Position numbers and translations under genes: made by a program. 36,350 nt of DNA from a virus. The stretch covers positions 1-36,350 of the IMG/VR virus record IMGVR_UViG_3300031565_000168; one strand, written 5' to 3'. Positions 7,495 to 16,124 of this stretch are shown one piece after another; the stretch's first letter is position 1, and every line of letters starts with the position of its first letter. The notes under the pieces were generated by a model. It saw nothing but the letters and a program-made list of their open reading frames with translations, was not told the origin of the DNA and did not search any database.

Positions 7495-7686
7495 ATGACA
7501 GCCGACTCAGACGATCACAATATAGCGAAGCACTTTCTCGAAGAAGAGATAAAAATCAAGTGTCTTGAATTAGCTGATCATTTCGAGGATTACGATATTG
7601 TCGAATTCTATATTCACGTCCACAAATCGAAAAAAGATGTGAAGATTCATCCGAAGCTCATAGAGACCGAGAAAAAAAGTTCTTGA
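7495..7686 (+). CDS. Small acidic hypothetical protein
   Basis: Last ORF of the early block; rich in Asp/Glu. Confidence 0.55.
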   Translation: MTADSDDHNIAKHFLEEEIKIKCLELADHFEDYDIVEFYIHVHKSKKDVKIHPKLIETEKKSS

Positions 7687-7711
7687 CTTTTATTTTGATA
7701 TATGTCATTTT
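7683..7711 (+). promoter_or_regulatory. Sigma70-like extended -10 promoter (TTGACT - 17 nt - TGtCATTTT)
   Basis: ttgacttttattttgatatatgtcatttt shares 22 of 29 positions with the promoter-like sequence at 32309. Confidence 0.5.
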
Positions 7712-7780
7712 GAGGCACATCTGAGTATTTCGATCTTTAATTTTTTAATTCTCTGAGGCGCGGACCGCCGACACGCAGTC

Positions 7781-7847
7781 GACCCGTGCTGAGGAGGATG
7801 TCTCACAGATTCGCGTGAGTTGTCCTCTTCGGTGCGGGTCTTTTTTT
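7781..7847 (+). terminator. Long composite hairpin plus T7 tract: rho-independent terminator just upstream of the terminase operon
   Basis: gacccg..gaggagga..ctcac-agattcgc-gtgag..tcctcttc..cgggtc followed by ttttttt. Confidence 0.75.
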
Positions 7848-7863
7848 GTGCTCGGGGAGGGAC

Positions 7864-8325
7864 ATGCAAGAAACCGTTGTTTCGAAAGAGAAACATCCAG
7901 GTGGATCTCCTACAAAATATAACCCTCTATGGCATCCTCAGCTCGTCTTCTGGATGGCAAGAGACGGTCTCACCGACAAAGAAATAGCGAAAAGGCTCGG
8001 TGTCTGTAAACGAACCGTTGATACATGGAAGAATCTATATCCCGAATTCAAGGTAGCCATCAAAGAAGGTAAAAAGCAACCGGATGATCTTGTCGAGGCT
8101 AAACTGTTTCAACGTGCGACCGGGTACTCTTATCCGGAAGACAAGATAATGCAGTATGAAGGTGAGCCGGTTATTGTGCAGACAATCAGACACATTCCTC
8201 CGGACGTAGTAGCACAGATCTTCTGGCTAAAGAATCGCCGGCCGGATCAGTGGCGCGATCGGCATCAAATAGATTTCACCAACAAGCTTGATGAAATGAT
8301 CGAATCCTTTCGAGGGATAAAGTAG
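7864..8325 (+). CDS. terS: Terminase small subunit
   Basis: GGSPTKYNP...LTDKEIAKRLGVCKRTVDTWKNLYPEF...IPPDVVAQIFWLKNRRPDQWRD (HTH plus typical TerS tail). ATG at 7864 behind ggggaggg. Confidence 0.8.
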   Translation: MQETVVSKEKHPGGSPTKYNPLWHPQLVFWMARDGLTDKEIAKRLGVCKRTVDTWKNLYPEFKVAIKEGKKQPDDLVEAKLFQRATGYSYPEDKIMQYEGEPVIVQTIRHIPPDVVAQIFWLKNRRPDQWRDRHQIDFTNKLDEMIESFRGIK

Positions 8326-8328
8326 CGT

Positions 8329-9579
8329 GTGGATTATACAGCGAAGCAACTTGAGATCATACGGTATGAGAATAGAGAACGGCCTCTTATAACGATTTGT
8401 GAGGGCGCGGTACGGTCCGGCAAGACCGTAGTCGACATTGATCTTTTCAATATCCTGATAGCCGAACAGCGCAATCTGAGACATGACTTCATCATCTCCG
8501 GCCATACAATCGGATCGATCGAGCGGAACGTCTTCACCGAATGGGAGAAACGGTGGGGGATCAGAATCAAGCTCGATCAGCATAACCGATTTGATTTGTA
8601 CGGTAACAAGGTCAACTGTTTCGGAGCTGATAAGTCAGACAGTTATCAGCACATGACAGGAATGACCGGATATGGCTGGTATGCCAACGAGGTCACGTTA
8701 CAGCACCGGAACACGATCATTGAGGCTTTTAACCGTTGCAGTGGCGAAGGTACGCGGATCCTTTGGGACACAAACCCGGATTATCCTGAGCACTTTGTCA
8801 AGACGGACTATATCGCCAAATCGGGAGAACGGCTCTCAAGTAATCGGATCCGGATCAAGTCCTGGCACTTTCAGCTCGAGGACAATACGTTCCTCGGACC
8901 GGAGTATATCGAGAATATCAAAGCCACGACTCCGCTGGGGATGTGGTACAACCGGCGAATCAAAGGGGAATGGGTTGCAGCCGAAGGCATTGTTTACGAG
9001 GGCTGGGATCCGGATGTTCATGTTATCGATCCTTTTGAGATCCCGGCAAGCTGGTCTCGAGTACGGGGTATCGACTGGGGCTTTGTCAATCCATTCGTCT
9101 GTCTGTGGGGTGCGCTTGATCCGGACGGACGGCTTTACATTTATGATGAATACTATCAGACGAACACGCTGATCCGGGATCATGCGAAAGAGCTCTACAA
9201 ACGAGCGAATTATAAAGACAAGCAGGACCGGATACAGAAACGAAAATACTTGTGGACTATCGCTGATCATGACGCTCAGGATAACGCGGAGCTCCGGGCT
9301 TTCGGGATCCAGACGAAGCCGGCGCAGAAAGACGTACTTACCGGGATTCAGAAAGTCGCTGAGCGGCTCATTGTTCGGCTGGATGGAAAGCCTCGGATTA
9401 TGATCTTTCGGACTTGTCCGAATCTGAGACGCGAGACAGGAAATTACCGCTGGCTGGAACAGAAGGACGGGAAGCCAATGAAAGAGGAGCCATTGAAAGT
9501 AGACGATCACGGTCCGGATACTTTGAGATACATGATCATGCAGCTCGACCATGAAAAACCACACGGGATCCATGTATGA
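8329..9579 (+). CDS. terL: Terminase large subunit
   Basis: Walker A GAVRSGKT, an ATPase-then-nuclease layout, and a position between TerS and the portal. Confidence 0.9.
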   Translation: MDYTAKQLEIIRYENRERPLITICEGAVRSGKTVVDIDLFNILIAEQRNLRHDFIISGHTIGSIERNVFTEWEKRWGIRIKLDQHNRFDLYGNKVNCFGADKSDSYQHMTGMTGYGWYANEVTLQHRNTIIEAFNRCSGEGTRILWDTNPDYPEHFVKTDYIAKSGERLSSNRIRIKSWHFQLEDNTFLGPEYIENIKATTPLGMWYNRRIKGEWVAAEGIVYEGWDPDVHVIDPFEIPASWSRVRGIDWGFVNPFVCLWGALDPDGRLYIYDEYYQTNTLIRDHAKELYKRANYKDKQDRIQKRKYLWTIADHDAQDNAELRAFGIQTKPAQKDVLTGIQKVAERLIVRLDGKPRIMIFRTCPNLRRETGNYRWLEQKDGKPMKEEPLKVDDHGPDTLRYMIMQLDHEKPHGIHV

Positions 9580-11693
9580 AATTACGAGAACGGATCAACA
9601 ACTTTTTCGATATTGCAGACGGGAAAAGAGAGATTATGAAACAAGAGAAAGGGATCGGTGCTGGCTTTCAGCAGTTCACAACGGTACTCCCTCCCGGAGA
9701 TACCTTCCTGCATTATCTGAGCCTGGCAAGTGATGAGGATAATCCGCAGTATATCCGGATCCGGGATCCCTACATAGATAATTCTTGGGTATATGCCGCA
9801 ATTCAGGTCATGGCTCAGAACATGGCCCAGGTCCCGTTTAAACTTTACAACGGCGAAAACGAGATAGAGAAGCCGGCAGGACAGTATGCCTGGCTATGGA
9901 AGCTCTTTAATAACGTCGGACCATACATGAATCGGTATGCGCTGATAGAAAGTATCCCTCTATGGTTATCGATGCGGGGTGAGTGTTTCTGGTGGCTGAT
10001 ACGAGAGAATGTGACTGGGAAGATCCCGTCACGTATCCGGATACTCGAACCGGAATATCTGAGAGAGAATGTCCGGGATGGCGAGGTGGTCCAGTGGACA
10101 TATCAAGCTCCGGATAAATCGAAGATCCCCATTGACCCGAAAGATATCATACAATTCAAATATTACAATCCATATAACCGCTTCCGGGGACTCTCCCCTC
10201 TGACAGCGACCCTCCTGGGTCTGCATATCGATTACTCTGCAGCAGCACTTAATTATTACTTCTTCAACAACAATGCCGCAATGGGCGGATTTATAACCAC
10301 CAAATCCGAAACAATCACAGATCCAGAGAAGGATGCTCTTGAACTCCGTATTGCGAAAAGGCACAGAGGCCTGAGTAAGACGGGGCTTATGGGAGTGCTG
10401 TCTCATGGATCGTATTTCACGCCGGTAACTATAGCTCAGAAAGACATGGAATATATCGCTCAGCGCAAATGGAGCCGGGCTGAAGTTTTTGCAGTGCTCG
10501 GTGTGAATCCTGCTCTTTGTGGGATCCTTGAGGATGCAAGTATCAAGAGTAATGTACGAGAACAGAAGAAAGCACTTTTTGAAAACAATCTCATTCCTAA
10601 AATGTGTCTGACCGAGGACGTGTTGAGAACAGAGTTCTTTGAACGTGAGAAGCTGATCGGCTTGTCGGGGAAGTTCGATCTGGAACAGGTCGAGGCCCTC
10701 CGCGAGGGTATGGCTGAGAAACTCAAGCAGGCAATGATTCTCTCGAAATTAGGTTTCACAAGGAACGAGATCAATAAACGATTTGAACTCGGTTTCGAGG
10801 ATGTGCCCTGGGGTAATGTGTGGTGGACTCTCGGTAATATGATGCCGGTCGGGGACGACGGATCCCAGGCTCTGCAAAGACAACAGCAACTGCCGGCACA
10901 ACAGGCTTCAGTTAAGCTCCTGCCGGAAGTAAGTCATGAATATGTGAAAATGACGCAGATCTGGAAAGCCGTGATACGGCTCGGCGAACCTGTCGAAAAG
11001 GAAATGGCCGCGAAACTGATGGACTACTTTTACAACCTGCGTTCCGAGGTCCTGGAAAATATCTTACAGCGCCAGGGATATAAAAGCGTAAAGGCCGCCG
11101 CGATCGAGGATGATTTGATCTTTGACATATCAGCCGCTACGGAACTCTTACGGAAAAATATCTTTCCCTATGTGGAACAGGCCTATGAGCTCGGTATTGA
11201 GACGCTTGCTTCCGGGGACATTGCATACGGCCTGACTAATCCGAGAGCGATGTCGGCTCTCGCAAAACGGGCGAAGGATCTCGAAGAAATCAACGTGACA
11301 GTCGCAAAGCAACTCAAGTCAGAATTCAAACCTATACTCGAGCGCGGCATCGAGGAGGGGCTTTCTTACGACGAGATCGCCGGGGATCTCGCTAATAGCG
11401 CACGCAATACTTTTAATAATGCCCGGGGTCGGGCAAAGACTATCGCTCGAACCGAAGTAAACGGGGCAATGAGTCAGGCTCGCTATGATCTAATGCAGGA
11501 GATCGATACTCCTAAACATAAATGGGTAAGCGCGAGAGATGGTAATGTCAGGCCTTCTCATTATGCCATTGATGGACAGATCGTTGCAGTAGGCAAGAGG
11601 TTTTCGAATGGACTGGAATATCCGCACGATATAAGCGGCGACCCATCGGAAACTATTAATTGCCGCTGTATTACAGTACCGGTGGAGGATTAA
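9576..11693 (+). CDS. Portal protein fused to a MuF / SPP1 gp7-like head morphogenesis domain
   Basis: 705 aa directly after TerL. The C-terminus GRAKTIARTEVNGAMS...VRPSHYAIDGQIV...INCRCI is a MuF-type motif set. Confidence 0.85.
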   Translation: MKLRERINNFFDIADGKREIMKQEKGIGAGFQQFTTVLPPGDTFLHYLSLASDEDNPQYIRIRDPYIDNSWVYAAIQVMAQNMAQVPFKLYNGENEIEKPAGQYAWLWKLFNNVGPYMNRYALIESIPLWLSMRGECFWWLIRENVTGKIPSRIRILEPEYLRENVRDGEVVQWTYQAPDKSKIPIDPKDIIQFKYYNPYNRFRGLSPLTATLLGLHIDYSAAALNYYFFNNNAAMGGFITTKSETITDPEKDALELRIAKRHRGLSKTGLMGVLSHGSYFTPVTIAQKDMEYIAQRKWSRAEVFAVLGVNPALCGILEDASIKSNVREQKKALFENNLIPKMCLTEDVLRTEFFEREKLIGLSGKFDLEQVEALREGMAEKLKQAMILSKLGFTRNEINKRFELGFEDVPWGNVWWTLGNMMPVGDDGSQALQRQQQLPAQQASVKLLPEVSHEYVKMTQIWKAVIRLGEPVEKEMAAKLMDYFYNLRSEVLENILQRQGYKSVKAAAIEDDLIFDISAATELLRKNIFPYVEQAYELGIETLASGDIAYGLTNPRAMSALAKRAKDLEEINVTVAKQLKSEFKPILERGIEEGLSYDEIAGDLANSARNTFNNARGRAKTIARTEVNGAMSQARYDLMQEIDTPKHKWVSARDGNVRPSHYAIDGQIVAVGKRFSNGLEYPHDISGDPSETINCRCITVPVED

Positions 11694-11696
11694 AAA

Positions 11697-12740
11697 ATGA
11701 AATTAGAGAAAGCAATTTTGAATTGTGAAATAAAGAAGACCGGAGAGAACGAATATGAATTCATCATGTCGGATGAGATCATCGACCGGGACAATGAGGT
11801 AATACTCGTTGACGGCTGGGATACTAAGAATTTCAAGAAGAACAATATCCTCATGTGGGGACATCTGCATAATATTCCAGGGATCGGGGTCGTCGGGGCC
11901 ACAGTAAAAGAAGACGGTAAATTCAAAGCGAAACGAGTTCGATTCGCCTCACCCGGAATCTACGAGCTCGCTGATGTCGTGCATGGCCTAGTCGATGATG
12001 AGGTGTTAAAAGCGGTCTCGGTCGGGTACATACCAAAGGAGCGTGAGTATCCGTCTCAGGATGATGACGATAAAGCTGGCAAGAAAAAGAAGAAGCCGAG
12101 AGTCATCACGACAAAAGCCGAACTATATGAACTCAGTATTGTAAATGTCGGTGCGAATCCGGACGCACTCCGAGCAGTAAAGTCAGCAGAAGAGGAAGCG
12201 GCAAAGGATTTTATCGGTGATGAAAAGCAGTTTCTCCAAGAAGAGAAGGGCGAGGATTTCGATGTCGAAGAGAATCCCTATCCGAATGAGCACGCCTGCC
12301 GACTCCGGGATCCTGGCGATTTTGACAAGGATACCTTCAAACGATATACCCGCGATCATGAAGGCAAAGAATATGATATCATCGCCGGAAAGCTCAAAGG
12401 CAAAACCAAAATGACTGAGCAGGCGTATCGGTACAAGAAGAAAACATGGAAGGCCTCGGAAGCAAAGAAGCATTGCAAATCACATGATGGCACTTTTGAG
12501 GCTGCAAGTGAAGATACAATTTCTACAGAGGAGAGTGATCTCTTAACGGAGATGAAAAACACTCTGAATAACCTCTGTGAAAAAATTGATCACATGGAAA
12601 CGCTTTTACAGAAAGAGCAGAAACCGGGAAAGTATGAGGGGCTCCTGGCAGGGACCAAACAGGTCGACAAACCTGCAGAAAAACAGCAGCTACCACTACA
12701 CGGACCGGCAACACTCGGAAAATTCATACACAAGGAGTAA
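11697..12740 (+). CDS. HK97-family prohead serine protease with a C-terminal scaffold-like extension
   Basis: MWGHLH...AVSVGYIP...ELYELSIVNVGANPDA (S78-like). The C-terminal half carries YPNEHACRLRDPGDF and charged helices. Confidence 0.8.
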   Translation: MKLEKAILNCEIKKTGENEYEFIMSDEIIDRDNEVILVDGWDTKNFKKNNILMWGHLHNIPGIGVVGATVKEDGKFKAKRVRFASPGIYELADVVHGLVDDEVLKAVSVGYIPKEREYPSQDDDDKAGKKKKKPRVITTKAELYELSIVNVGANPDALRAVKSAEEEAAKDFIGDEKQFLQEEKGEDFDVEENPYPNEHACRLRDPGDFDKDTFKRYTRDHEGKEYDIIAGKLKGKTKMTEQAYRYKKKTWKASEAKKHCKSHDGTFEAASEDTISTEESDLLTEMKNTLNNLCEKIDHMETLLQKEQKPGKYEGLLAGTKQVDKPAEKQQLPLHGPATLGKFIHKE

Positions 12741-12745
12741 ACAAG

Positions 12746-14017
12746 ATGCCTAAAAACATTCTTGAAATGATAGAAGGGATGCGTTCGAAAGGAGAGGAAG
12801 CCACAACTGAGGATCTCTGGGGTGTCGTCGAACAGATGCAGAAGAACACCGACGATTACCAGACCAAAAAAGAGGCTGAAGTCGAGGCACTCAATAAGAC
12901 CATCAGCTCGATCATGGAAGCGTCAGTGAAAGAACCGGATGAGGAAGTGAATCTCACCCCGGAACAGAAGAGCGGTAAGTTCCTCATGGCTGCTTCCAAT
13001 GGCGACATGAATAGTATCGAGAAGTATGGCGGACGGTTCTCCGGAAAGGGTGATCCCTGGGACGACAAGTCAGATTGGAACAAGTTTATAGGTATGACCG
13101 AAGCCCAGGAGAAGGCAGCTCTCGGGACTGTGCTCCGAGGAGATGCGACGACAGGATCTTATCTCGTTCCTTCGGAGTGGTATACCGAGGTAATGAGAAT
13201 CGCGACTCAGGCGAGCCAGATGATGGGGAAAGTGACAGATATCCCTATGACAGCTCGGACGATGTATTTGCCTGCTGGCGGAACAGGAATAACCCTTGCA
13301 TGGCCGGCTGATGAGACACAAGCAAAGATCGAAAACAGTCCGACATTCGAGCAGGAGATACTCACTGCGAAGACGTGTGCAGGCTGGATAACCTGGACGG
13401 AAGAGCTGGAAGAGGACAGCATCATCAATCTCGTGTCGTATTTTCAGACGCTCTACGGCGAGGCCTGGGGAGGCGAGTTTGATAAGCAGGTGCTATATTC
13501 AAACACTGCCCCCTTCGTCGGTATCGCCTATGACGCTGGATGCTCTATCCGGAACATGGGGGCCGGTAAGACCTCGTTTGCAAACGTCACATTCGATGAC
13601 CTGATCGACATGGAGAACGATATCTCCACTGCCGGCGGAGAGAATGCGCTCAACAGATCCATGTATATCATGAGCCGGTATGTCTTCAACGTGCTTCGCA
13701 AACTGAAAGACGATGACGGTGAGCCGATCTACCAGAAACCGGCGGACGGTGTTCCGGCCACAATTTACAGCCGGCCGTATGTCATCAGCGACCAGATGCC
13801 GGGTAGCACCCTGGATGCAGCCGACACTCCTTTCCTGATTCTCGGAAACCCGAAATTTGTAGCTCATGGCGAGAGGGTTGGAATGGAGTTCAAGATTTAC
13901 CGCGACACGGTTCGTAACATCGATTATGACCAGATCTTTCTCCGGTTCAGGGTCCGACAGGCTTTCATCGTTGCGGTCGAAGAGGCTTTCTCAGTTCTCG
14001 AAACTGCAGCGAGTTAA
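12746..14017 (+). CDS. Major capsid protein (HK97 fold family)
   Basis: Position after the protease, size of 423 aa, an N-terminal delta-like helical region, and TGSYLVPSEW-type motifs. Confidence 0.85.
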   Translation: MPKNILEMIEGMRSKGEEATTEDLWGVVEQMQKNTDDYQTKKEAEVEALNKTISSIMEASVKEPDEEVNLTPEQKSGKFLMAASNGDMNSIEKYGGRFSGKGDPWDDKSDWNKFIGMTEAQEKAALGTVLRGDATTGSYLVPSEWYTEVMRIATQASQMMGKVTDIPMTARTMYLPAGGTGITLAWPADETQAKIENSPTFEQEILTAKTCAGWITWTEELEEDSIINLVSYFQTLYGEAWGGEFDKQVLYSNTAPFVGIAYDAGCSIRNMGAGKTSFANVTFDDLIDMENDISTAGGENALNRSMYIMSRYVFNVLRKLKDDDGEPIYQKPADGVPATIYSRPYVISDQMPGSTLDAADTPFLILGNPKFVAHGERVGMEFKIYRDTVRNIDYDQIFLRFRVRQAFIVAVEEAFSVLETAAS

Positions 14018-14023
14018 ATAATG

Positions 14024-14065
14024 AGCGTTCGTTGAACGCAGAGTTGAGGGGGTCGCAAGGCCCCC
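14024..14065 (+). terminator. Two hairpins after the capsid gene (second has a 7-bp stem with GCAA tetraloop); terminator or mRNA stabilizer
   Basis: gcgttc-gtt-gaacgc and gggggtc-gcaa-ggccccc. No clear T-tract. Confidence 0.35.
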
Positions 14066-14099
14066 GATACTACTCCATTAAGAATAGAGAGGTGTAAAA

Positions 14100-14696
14100 A
14101 TGTTTGTACGAGCTTATGCAAGCGGATTTGTAGTAAAGGATTATCACACAGAGACCGCCGATACAGTCATCGATGAGGAAATCCCGGGAAGAGACGGACA
14201 AAGACTGGCGCTGGTATCACTGAATTATCTGGCCGCAGCTACCGCGCACACATTGTCAGTCCTGCATTGTGGAAGTGTGGCCGGATCAAGAAACAGCGCC
14301 TCTGCTGCTGCTGCCGCCGCACAGAAGGTGTTAAACGTGACGACTGCACCGACAGGTCCGGACGGCGCTGCCGCTGCTACACCTGATATCATTGCATACC
14401 AGGTGGACACTGGAGCGTGGGAGTTTAACCTGGTCGCAACGATACTTGTCAATGCAATAACTCTCACAACCAATATCGCTGTTCCGGTATTGTCCGGAGC
14501 AAAGGTGAGGATATTCGGGGTCGTCGGTGATGGGTACTGTTTCAATACTCATCTTACGGCGGGCGTTGTGACCAACTTTGACAATACGCTGTTGGCACTC
14601 GCACCGCACATGGGAGATCCGTTGTATACGACCATCGACAATGCTACCAATGCTGGCTTTCAGAACAACATGGTGTTCGCATACATCAACAAGTAA
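14100..14696 (+). CDS. Ala-rich virion-module protein of unknown function (decoration or cement candidate by position)
   Basis: SD agaggtg upstream; lies immediately after the major capsid protein. I recognise no motif. Confidence 0.7.
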   Translation: MFVRAYASGFVVKDYHTETADTVIDEEIPGRDGQRLALVSLNYLAAATAHTLSVLHCGSVAGSRNSASAAAAAAQKVLNVTTAPTGPDGAAAATPDIIAYQVDTGAWEFNLVATILVNAITLTTNIAVPVLSGAKVRIFGVVGDGYCFNTHLTAGVVTNFDNTLLALAPHMGDPLYTTIDNATNAGFQNNMVFAYINK

Positions 14697-14697
14697 A

Positions 14698-14991
14698 ATG
14701 TGCAGACACGGCGACCAGGTAAAAGTTGTAATTAATGGACGGGAATGGATGATCGATCGATGTCTCGTTCCTATGGTAAAGGCTCTGAACAAAGCCGGCA
14801 TAAAAACTGCGTCCTGCTGTTGTGGACACGGGGAACATGACGGTTATATCCTGACCTATTACGAGGAAGAGTATCGTTTGATCATCCTCCCGCCATCGGG
14901 CAAGGAATCGCTGAACAGATTTGAAGCCGAATTTCGGCAGATGTCTGAACAGAATCAGATCATTACTGAATCCGGAGGGAATAAAAAATGA
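14698..14991 (+). CDS. Cys-rich hypothetical protein (C..IDRC...SCCCGHGEHDG)
   Basis: The internal ATG at 14698 lies one base after the previous stop. The upstream part of the track ORF overlaps 14100..14696 and is unlikely to be coding. Confidence 0.6.
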   Translation: MCRHGDQVKVVINGREWMIDRCLVPMVKALNKAGIKTASCCCGHGEHDGYILTYYEEEYRLIILPPSGKESLNRFEAEFRQMSEQNQIITESGGNKK

Positions 14992-15170
14992 ACCTGATAG
15001 AGCAAGCACAGAAGATCAATACCGAGGCCGATCAGAAGAAGTTCTTCGTCGACGTCGCGGCCGCAGTCGAGGGGCTGAAGAAGAAGCCAATGGGAATATC
15101 ACAACGGCCCATAGTCAAACAGGCGAAGGGTGTCAAGGACAAGATGGTCCGGAACACGGAGACGAAGTAA
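14988..15170 (+). CDS. Small hypothetical head-module protein
   Basis: ATGA-type overlap with the upstream gene. Confidence 0.55.
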   Translation: MNLIEQAQKINTEADQKKFFVDVAAAVEGLKKKPMGISQRPIVKQAKGVKDKMVRNTETK

Positions 15171-16124
15171 ATGGGATTCCATCCGTCGATCGACACAGTA
15201 AACGCATTAGTTACCCTGGACGATGCGAAGGCTTTTCTAGGCGTATCATCGAGAGAGGCAACAAAAGAGATAACAACGATAACCTGCGAGGCCGATGGAG
15301 CCGGATCATTGAATAATACATATTGGCTACTCTATTCGGTGGCTACCGATTATTACGTTTGGTATGACGTAAACCTTGCAGGCGTTGATCCTGCGATAAC
15401 TGGAAAAACCGGAATAAAAGTATCTATTGCTACGGATGCGACTGCCGCTCAAGTTGCGACTGCTACGGCTGCGGCCATTAATGCATTAAGTGATTTCTTG
15501 GCCGGGGCTGTTGTCGCAGTAGTGACGGTCACGAATGCCGCTACCGGCGATGTTGATGATGCGATCGACGGGGATACGGGCTGGACAAATGCCTGGGTTA
15601 CTACACAACAAGGGGTAGACATAAAATATACATTGAACTTCTATATCAACAATGCGAGCTGGTTCTGTAACAACTATACTCACAGGCTCCTTTTATCAAG
15701 ATCATTGACAGAATACTATAGCGGAGACGGGATGAATTCATTGCTGGTCAATAACTATCCGATCACGGCAATAACTCATGTCTATGATGATCTTGCCCGA
15801 GCATACGGAGCCGGTACTGAGATCACCCTTACTGATCTAGTCTATTTACCTGAGGGACTGGCCTATAAGATCGTATACGATGGCGGAGTATTTACCAAGG
15901 GTATCAAGAATCTCAAGGTTGAATATACGGCCGGCTATGCTACGGTCCCCTGGGATTTGCAGGAAGCGGCACTCGAGCTCTGCGCGTTCTACTGGGATAA
16001 TTTCGAGAACAAGCTTTTCGGTAAGGTGGCGATGAGCATGGCTGACGGAAGTATACGACTCGCGACGACCGGGATCCCCAAAAGTGTATTGACCGTGCTC
16101 GAACACTACAGAAAGAAGTGGTAA
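15171..16124 (+). CDS. Head-tail connector (gp6-like adaptor) carrying a roughly 117-aa inserted domain
   Basis: N-terminus VTLDDAKAFLGV is typical of gp6-like connectors. Residues 32-148 are homologous to an insert in the tail tube protein. Confidence 0.7.
   Translation: MGFHPSIDTVNALVTLDDAKAFLGVSSREATKEITTITCEADGAGSLNNTYWLLYSVATDYYVWYDVNLAGVDPAITGKTGIKVSIATDATAAQVATATAAAINALSDFLAGAVVAVVTVTNAATGDVDDAIDGDTGWTNAWVTTQQGVDIKYTLNFYINNASWFCNNYTHRLLLSRSLTEYYSGDGMNSLLVNNYPITAITHVYDDLARAYGAGTEITLTDLVYLPEGLAYKIVYDGGVFTKGIKNLKVEYTAGYATVPWDLQEAALELCAFYWDNFENKLFGKVAMSMADGSIRLATTGIPKSVLTVLEHYRKKW

Noticed and set aside
8836-9573. A 245-aa minus-strand ORF inside the large terminase gene. Similar long shadows occur at 8227-8583, 14331-14801, 27029-27463 and 28236-28736.
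   Set aside because: The plus-strand genes carry recognisable motifs and operon coupling. The minus-strand products have no motifs and would oppose the uniform transcription direction of the late operon.
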